Below are positions 58,049-64,000 of a stretch of DNA of 64,000 nucleotides, piece after piece. The notes beneath the pieces are model-generated. The model searched no databases. It was given only the letters and a program-made list of their open reading frames with translations, and was not told the DNA's origin. Location: positions 32,001 to 96,000 of IMG/VR virus record IMGVR_UViG_3300027763_000027; one strand, 5' to 3'. This DNA is from a virus. Each line of letters begins with the position of its first letter. Position 1 is the first letter of the stretch. The translations under genes and the position numbers were made by a program.

Positions 58049-58956
58049 ATGATATTTTATACATAATTGTCCCATATTTTAATTTTTTAGATTGGGAATC
58101 TAATAAATTTAATTTAAACAATTTCTTGATAAAAAATAATTTTCCACCCAATGCTAGAGTAGTTTTAGTAGAAGGATATATTAATAATAAATTACCAGAT
58201 TATTCTGATAAGGTTTATAAACATCTTAAATTTAAGCTTAAAAATATGTTTTGGGCTAAGGAGAATTTAATTAATATAGCTATTAATAATCTACCAAAAG
58301 ACTGGAAATTTGTTGTGTGGATAGATAGAGATGTGGTTTTTCAAACCAAAACTTGGGTGAATGAAAGCATAGAAAAATTAAAAATTTCAGATGTGATACA
58401 GCCATGGAATAAATTATTTTATTTAGATAAAGCTAATAAAATACTATACCCAGATTATCCAAATTTAAGCATTTTCTATACAAAATTGAGCCCAGATTTT
58501 TACAACAGAAAGGGTCATTCTGGAATGGGATGGGGAATTAATAAAAATTTTTATAATAAAATTGGCAAAATCATAGATTGGCATATTATTGGTGGTGGAG
58601 ATGTATCTTTTGCATTTTGTTGTGGAATGCAAAATAAAGAAAGATTAAAAGAAATGCCATCAATTAGAACAGAAGGAATGCAAAGAGGAATTGTCAATTA
58701 TGCAAAACTTTTTGAAAACACAAATTACGATTATGTAAACGCAACAATTTATCATTATCCTCATGGTATCCAAGAAAATAGACAATATAAAACAAGATGG
58801 GATATTTTACATAATAACAACTTTGACCCATCTCAAGATATTTTTTATAATTCCGAAGGAGTATTAGAATTTTCTGAAGACTGGGCAAAAAAAGCCTCAA
58901 AACAGATAGAAGATTTTTTTACTCACAGAAAAGAAGACGATTACGAAACAATTTAA
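58045..58956 (+). CDS. GT-A fold glycosyltransferase-like protein
   Basis: IVPYFN, W.KENLIN...LPKDW..V.WIDRDV.F, GH.G.GW, IIGGGD, H.PHG..R.Y. Confidence 0.65.
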   Translation: MNDILYIIVPYFNFLDWESNKFNLNNFLIKNNFPPNARVVLVEGYINNKLPDYSDKVYKHLKFKLKNMFWAKENLINIAINNLPKDWKFVVWIDRDVVFQTKTWVNESIEKLKISDVIQPWNKLFYLDKANKILYPDYPNLSIFYTKLSPDFYNRKGHSGMGWGINKNFYNKIGKIIDWHIIGGGDVSFAFCCGMQNKERLKEMPSIRTEGMQRGIVNYAKLFENTNYDYVNATIYHYPHGIQENRQYKTRWDILHNNNFDPSQDIFYNSEGVLEFSEDWAKKASKQIEDFFTHRKEDDYETI

Positions 58957-58981
58957 GCTCCAATTTAGTGTAAATTGTAAG

Positions 58982-59914
58982 ATGAAAAATAAAGCAAAAA
59001 AAATACGAATCACTTGTAATTGGCAATCTATACCCAACGACAATTTATTAGTAAAGCTATTTAATAGTACTTATATTACAAATAATAATTTAAATAAAAA
59101 TTATATTATAACATCAGAAAATGAATTTGATTATTTAGTCATATTGGGCGGAACCAAAGATAGTTCTTTATATGAAAAAATAAATCCTTCAAAAATAATA
59201 AAAGCCTACATGGAGCCATCATGGAACCCATTAATAGAATTAGAATGCGCCTCAAATTTATTTAGAGCAAAATGGGTGCTCTATCACAAACCCGAATTAC
59301 TCGAAAAGCATTTAAAAGAAAACGTCCAAAAAAAAGAAATTTATTTTAAAAAAAACCCAGGAATGCTACCCCATAGCTTAGAAGATTTAAATTTTCATTT
59401 AAATAATAAATATCAAAAAAATAAAAAATGCAGCTTAATCCTTTCAACGAAATTAATAAAAGATAAATCGGAAACAATTTATAAAGAAAGAGTATCAATT
59501 TTATCAAAAATTTTAAAAAGCGATTTAGACATAGATATATACGGTCAAGGACTAGATAGGTTCAAACATAAGGATTCAAGAATAAAAGGCTATATACCAT
59601 TAAAATTAAACGCTTTAAAAGACTATCAATTTTCTATAGCAATGGAAAACACGATAGAAGATGGGTATTTCACAGAAAAATTAACGGATTGTATTCTATC
59701 TGACACAACTCCAATATATCTTGGTTGCAAAGATGTATTTAATTATTTTAATAATATACATGCGTTCGATCTAAACTCAAACCCAGTAGAGTATATAAAA
59801 AATATACTTGATAATAATTTAATTCTAGATCAAACAGAAAATAAAAAATTACTAGAATATAAATATAATTTTTATATTCAATTAATTAGTTTAATAGAAG
59901 AATATAATATATGA
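58982..59914 (+). CDS. GT10-like protein (paralog of 57074-58048)
   Basis: Same motifs; shares a 41-nt identical stretch with its paralog. Confidence 0.75.
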   Translation: MKNKAKKIRITCNWQSIPNDNLLVKLFNSTYITNNNLNKNYIITSENEFDYLVILGGTKDSSLYEKINPSKIIKAYMEPSWNPLIELECASNLFRAKWVLYHKPELLEKHLKENVQKKEIYFKKNPGMLPHSLEDLNFHLNNKYQKNKKCSLILSTKLIKDKSETIYKERVSILSKILKSDLDIDIYGQGLDRFKHKDSRIKGYIPLKLNALKDYQFSIAMENTIEDGYFTEKLTDCILSDTTPIYLGCKDVFNYFNNIHAFDLNSNPVEYIKNILDNNLILDQTENKKLLEYKYNFYIQLISLIEEYNI

Positions 59915-60645
59915 TATCCGCAATTATAAGCTGCATGAATCGAACGGATAGATTAATTCCAATGTTACCCACTTGGACTGAAGTAGATAAAATTAAAGAT
60001 ATAGTAGTTTTAGATTGGAGTTCAAGAGAGCCAATTTCAGAAAATAAAGAAATACAAAAAATATTAAAAAATTCGAATAAAATCAAAATAGTAAGAGTTG
60101 ACGGACAAAAACACTTTCATTTAGGTAAATCCAATAATCTCGCTTACACATTTACAGATCCAAAAAATAAAATTTTATTGAAATTAGATGTGGATTACAT
60201 GAACATAAATAGCAAATGGATAGATTCTCTCGTTTACATTAATGGGTATTTAAAAAAATATTTTATTGTAGGTTCATATAAATTCTACAAAAGCTCCAAT
60301 GGTTTTTTATTAGTAAATAAACCTGAATTTGCAAAAGTTAAAGGGTATAATGAAAATCTATTATCGGCTTGGGGTTGGGATGATGTTGATTTACATAAAA
60401 GATTATCAGATCTTTTTTCTCACGATCCCTCTCATAGAAAAATAGAATTTTTTAATATTAAAGACTATATCTACCATATACCTCATGACGACGATTTGAG
60501 ATTAGAGAATTACCCAATAAAAATTAAAAGCGATCTTTTGAATAAATCTGAGGCAGATAAAGATAAAAACAAAAATTGGGTTTTTAAAAAAGTGAAAGTG
60601 CTCGAATCACGCGAATCATATCAAAGAATAATTCTAGAGGACTAA
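59911..60645 (+). CDS. GT2/GT7 galactosyltransferase-like protein
   Basis: CMNR, VLDWSS, KLDVD, GYNE....WGWDDVDL..R. Confidence 0.75.
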   Translation: MISAIISCMNRTDRLIPMLPTWTEVDKIKDIVVLDWSSREPISENKEIQKILKNSNKIKIVRVDGQKHFHLGKSNNLAYTFTDPKNKILLKLDVDYMNINSKWIDSLVYINGYLKKYFIVGSYKFYKSSNGFLLVNKPEFAKVKGYNENLLSAWGWDDVDLHKRLSDLFSHDPSHRKIEFFNIKDYIYHIPHDDDLRLENYPIKIKSDLLNKSEADKDKNKNWVFKKVKVLESRESYQRIILED

Positions 60646-60650
60646 ATTAT

Positions 60651-61709
60651 ATGAACGATAATTTATATGTTATAATTCCTTATTTTAATTTTTATAAAAA
60701 TATTTACAGAATTTCAAATTTACTTAAAGTTTTGAGTTCTTTTAAAAATTCTAAAAATTTCTTAAAATGCAAAGTCTTCATCGCGGAAGCGTGCCACGAA
60801 GAAGTTCCAATAAATAAAAACGTTAAATGGAATGAAGATGATTCTTTTTTTGAGCTGGACGAAACAAACGCTCACGTCCCTCAAGTTATGGATTTTACTA
60901 GAAACTTAATGGATAAAAATTATGAAAAATTAAATAATATTTTTTTACAATTCATAGATAACAAAAATTATTTTCATGTAAAATACCAAATACCCCAAAA
61001 AATTTGGATTAAAGAAAATTTAATTAATCTAACAATTAAAGAACACTTACCTAAAGATTGGGAATATTTTTGCTGGATAGACGGAGATGTTATTTTTGAT
61101 AATGAAAATTGGATAAACGAAACAAAAGAGCTATTAAATCAGTTTGATATTATACAAATGTTTTCTACATGCTTTAACCAAATGAATTATAACAAAAAAA
61201 ACTATGTAGGGCACAATGGATATATCTATACCGAACGCAAAAAAGAAAACAATAATGATTCATTATTAAATAGTATGTTTATTACGCATATGGGATACGC
61301 ATGGGCCATGAATAGAAAATTGTATGAAAAAATAGAAAAACTATGGGAAGTTAATATCGTTGGCGCTGCAGATAGTGTTATCGCTAGATGCGCTATTCAA
61401 AAATTATCAGAAGAACAAATTTTAAACACTGAAGCATTAAATGTAATTTATTCTCCGAATTATGGTAAAAAACTTTTGGAATACTATTCAAAGTTTAAAG
61501 ATTGTAAATACGGCTTCTTAAATAATAACTTATTTCATATATATCATGGACAAATACAGAAAAGACAATATATGGTAAGACATAAAATTCTTCAAAAACA
61601 TGAATATGATGATTCTTTTCTAGAGCGTAATGAATTTGGAGTTTTATATTTAAAAAATGAGAGCCTTGAAAAAGAAATAGAGCAGTACTTAATACACAGA
61701 GAAAATTAA
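60651..61709 (+). CDS. GT-A fold glycosyltransferase-like protein (paralog of 58045-58956)
   Basis: IPYFN, WIKENLIN, LPKDW, WIDGDV, HMGYAWA, IVGAAD, HIYHG..RQY. Confidence 0.65.
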   Translation: MNDNLYVIIPYFNFYKNIYRISNLLKVLSSFKNSKNFLKCKVFIAEACHEEVPINKNVKWNEDDSFFELDETNAHVPQVMDFTRNLMDKNYEKLNNIFLQFIDNKNYFHVKYQIPQKIWIKENLINLTIKEHLPKDWEYFCWIDGDVIFDNENWINETKELLNQFDIIQMFSTCFNQMNYNKKNYVGHNGYIYTERKKENNNDSLLNSMFITHMGYAWAMNRKLYEKIEKLWEVNIVGAADSVIARCAIQKLSEEQILNTEALNVIYSPNYGKKLLEYYSKFKDCKYGFLNNNLFHIYHGQIQKRQYMVRHKILQKHEYDDSFLERNEFGVLYLKNESLEKEIEQYLIHREN

Positions 61710-61770
61710 AACATTTTTTAATTCTAAATTAAAATATCCATTTACTAAAAGCAAAACGTCAAATATATAC

Positions 61771-61799
61771 TTGACGAAACTAATTTGGTTATATATAAT
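61771..61799 (+). promoter_or_regulatory. sigma70-type promoter
   Basis: TTGACG-17 nt-TATAAT; ATG 8 nt downstream. Confidence 0.65.
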
Positions 61800-61807
61800 A
61801 TAATAAT

Positions 61808-62128
61808 ATGAATAAAATTAAAATACTATTATCGATTGGACTAATTTTTGGTTCTTTAACGTTTGCTGACACAGGCTCAACAGTAGACCCGAATTTTATA
61901 GGTCCTCGTCTTGAGTCTAACTCAGTAGCAGATGGTTTTCTAGCTGCTGGAGATTTAGTATTTGTACGTCCAATCTCGACCGCGGCAACCATTGGTGCTT
62001 TTGGAATTTTTGCGATAGTGGCCCCATTCACAGAAATGGCTGGATGCACAGAGGAAACTTACGAAGGTCTTGTAGAAAAGACTGGAAAGTTTTCTTTTGA
62101 TCGTGATCTTGGCGACTTTAAAAAGTAA
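61808..62128 (+). CDS. Secreted/membrane small protein
   Basis: Signal peptide, then D.V.VRP...AAT..G...F....PF hydrophobic hairpin. Confidence 0.65.
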   Translation: MNKIKILLSIGLIFGSLTFADTGSTVDPNFIGPRLESNSVADGFLAAGDLVFVRPISTAATIGAFGIFAIVAPFTEMAGCTEETYEGLVEKTGKFSFDRDLGDFKK

Positions 62129-62224
62129 TATTTACTAATAATATTTAGCCAAATATATCCTTATTTCCTAATAGGATATTCACAAATATATAACTATATT
62201 TGCTAATAGAAAAAAGCCAAATAT

Positions 62225-62422
62225 ATGAACAAAAAATGTCCAAATATGAACGAATGTCGGCCAAATATAGGGGCTGGAAAAGGGGATAAGCCAAGAAATT
62301 GTTTCTCTGATAGATTTAAACAAAACTATGATAGTATAAACTGGTCAGATGAAAAAGATAAGTCGTTGATTAAAAAAGAATTAAAAAAGCAAAACAACTC
62401 ATCTACATACATTTACAAATAA
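62225..62422 (+). CDS. Small hypothetical phage protein
   Basis: GAGKGDKPR..F..NYD.I.W motif. Confidence 0.6.
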   Translation: MNKKCPNMNECRPNIGAGKGDKPRNCFSDRFKQNYDSINWSDEKDKSLIKKELKKQNNSSTYIYK

Positions 62423-62433
62423 TATATAGAGTA

Positions 62434-62462
62434 TTGACAGATTTGACAAAAAGTAATATACT
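62434..62462 (+). promoter_or_regulatory. sigma70-type promoter (predicted leaderless transcript)
   Basis: TTGACA-17 nt-TATACT; ATG 6 nt after the -10. Confidence 0.65.
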
Positions 62463-62468
62463 CTTACT

Positions 62469-63368
62469 ATGAGAAAAGGAGTTTGCTGTATTGTATTAAG
62501 TCTAACTGAACAAGATAATCCTATCAAGTTCAATACTATGACTTATGCTCGTTTTTCTGCGATGGATAGGAAAGAAGCTCTTTCTACCCTATCCTCTAGA
62601 ATATTAAACAATATGCTAACTACATATCACTATATCAAATATTGTGCAGACCATAATCATACATACAGAATTTCTTCTGATCTATTTCCTCTTATTACTT
62701 ATGATAAAGCAGATGTTAAGCTCGAATATTTACCAGATTATACCCGAATACTAGCATCATTTGATAGTATCAAGAAACTAATACAATCTAGAAATGTTAG
62801 AGTATCTTGCCATCCTAGTGAATTTAATGTTCTTGCAAGTGATAATGAAAACGCAATCACTAAAACAATCAAAGAATTAAATCACTATGGTTGGTTTATG
62901 ACGCAAATCGGTTGTCCTCTTAACTATGATTCTCCTATGAATATGCACATACATAATTCTAAAGGTGATTTAAATAACATAGTAAAGAAGTTTATGAGTA
63001 ACTTTGAAAAACTATCAGAAGATGTTAAGTCTAGATTAGTTATTGAGAATGACGATAAAGATACTTGCTGGTCAGTTAAAAAACTTATGAAGTATTTTCA
63101 TTCTGTTTCTAATATCCCTATTACCTTCGATTATCTTCATCACAAATGCCATCCAGATAATCTATCAGAGGAGCAAGCATTTCATCTTGCACGAATTACT
63201 TGGGGCAATCATACTCCACTATTTCATTATTCTGAAAGTATTGATGGTCATAAGAATCCACGCAAACACGCAGATTACGCAAAAAACTTGCCAAACACTT
63301 ATAATTATGATAATATAGATATTGACTTTGAGTTAAAAATGAAAGAACAATCTTTTGCAAATTTATGA
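62469..63368 (+). CDS. uvsE: UV damage endonuclease (UvsE/UVDE)
   Basis: YRISSDLFP, R.SCHPSEFNVL, RLVIENDD, PITFDYLHH, FHYSE, HADY, E.K.KE. Confidence 0.92.
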   Translation: MRKGVCCIVLSLTEQDNPIKFNTMTYARFSAMDRKEALSTLSSRILNNMLTTYHYIKYCADHNHTYRISSDLFPLITYDKADVKLEYLPDYTRILASFDSIKKLIQSRNVRVSCHPSEFNVLASDNENAITKTIKELNHYGWFMTQIGCPLNYDSPMNMHIHNSKGDLNNIVKKFMSNFEKLSEDVKSRLVIENDDKDTCWSVKKLMKYFHSVSNIPITFDYLHHKCHPDNLSEEQAFHLARITWGNHTPLFHYSESIDGHKNPRKHADYAKNLPNTYNYDNIDIDFELKMKEQSFANL

Positions 63369-63877
63369 AAGAAAGAACATTAATCAAACATTTTCCAAAA
63401 GGAAAAGAAGATATTGACAAGTATTTTATTGTAGACGAAGAAAATCAAAAGGTTTGGAATCGTAAAACTGGAAACGAATTAAAATTTTATCCTAACAGCG
63501 ATAATTACCCAAGATTTAGCATAAGAATAAATGGAAAGCAAATTCATATTAAAGTCCATCAATTTTTTTGGTATTATAGATATAATGATCTTCCAGTAGA
63601 ATTAGATCATATAGATAGAAATAGACAAAATTATAAATTAGAAAATTTAAGACCCGCAACAAAAAGACAAAATAATCTTAATTCTGATTACGATAAAAAA
63701 ACAAACAAGCATCTTCCAAAACATATTTATAAAGTAAAAAATAAAAATACTTTATTCGTAAAAATAGACGGAAAATATCTAGGTTGCTCTACGGACTTAC
63801 AAAAAGCTATCGAAATCAGAAATAAGGCTTATGAAATTATATTTTCCGAGGAAGATAAAAAGTTTTTATCAATCTAA
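63365..63877 (+). CDS. HNH homing endonuclease
   Basis: VHQ, LDHIDRNRQNYKLENLR..T..QN; AP2-like C-terminus (YLG....A...R). Confidence 0.85.
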   Translation: MKERTLIKHFPKGKEDIDKYFIVDEENQKVWNRKTGNELKFYPNSDNYPRFSIRINGKQIHIKVHQFFWYYRYNDLPVELDHIDRNRQNYKLENLRPATKRQNNLNSDYDKKTNKHLPKHIYKVKNKNTLFVKIDGKYLGCSTDLQKAIEIRNKAYEIIFSEEDKKFLSI

Positions 63878-64000
63878 ATGAAAGTATGCGTAAAATGTAA
63901 AGTCTTAAAACCTATTACAGATTTTAGACTTCATTCTAAAGGAGAAGGAATTAATTATCGTAGACCAGAATGTATAGAGTGTGAAAAAAGCTATCAAAAG
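63878..64000 (+). CDS. Partial Zn-finger protein (likely endonuclease N-terminus); runs off the window end
   Basis: MKVCVKC...K...DF.......CIEC. Confidence 0.55.
   Translation, partial: MKVCVKCKVLKPITDFRLHSKGEGINYRRPECIECEKSYQK

Noticed and set aside
1-64000. Stop-codon reassignment
   Set aside because: Conserved genes are full length under code 11 and end in TAA, TAG and TGA.
1-64000. Eukaryotic giant virus (NCLDV) or cellular chromosome origin
   Set aside because: DnaE, DnaB, DnaG, a sigma factor, tmRNA and sigma70 promoters indicate a bacterial host. Divergent compact replication genes, HNH, virion-like proteins and no housekeeping operons favour a phage, although no capsid or terminase gene lies in this window.

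Overview
A very AT-rich, gene-dense segment that reads as part of a large (jumbo-type) dsDNA bacteriophage using the standard genetic code. A PEP-CTERM protein and an H-X9-DG prepilin-like gene point to a PVC-group host, probably Verrucomicrobia (inference). The window holds: (i) a replication/recombination module (DnaE with separate PHP and DEDDh genes, DnaG, DnaB, RecA, Cas4/RecB-like nuclease); (ii) nucleotide metabolism (ThyX, NrdAB, dNMP kinase, dCMP deaminase, GuaB/GuaC-like, PurA); (iii) a phage sigma factor and a recurrent GTGTAA motif 7-14 nt before 13 start codons; (iv) a tmRNA and, divergent from it, a promoter-driven structured non-coding region of about 335 nt that I cannot assign to a family; (v) many sugar-nucleotide and glycosyltransferase genes. 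The best candidate for a new system is a eukaryote-like hydroxyproline O-glycosylation pathway: a prolyl 4-hydroxylase next to an HPAT/SGT-like + O-FucT + GT60 triple fusion, with a Cys-flanked (VVTSAP)n mucin/AGP-like protein as plausible substrate. A second candidate is a cell-envelope cassette pairing a membrane-anchored Cys-His-Asp protease with two proteins carrying a DIxTAAG (LapG-site-like) motif. An SDR epimerase gene is broken by a frameshift at an A9 tract. All family calls come from reading motifs by eye; no database search was run.
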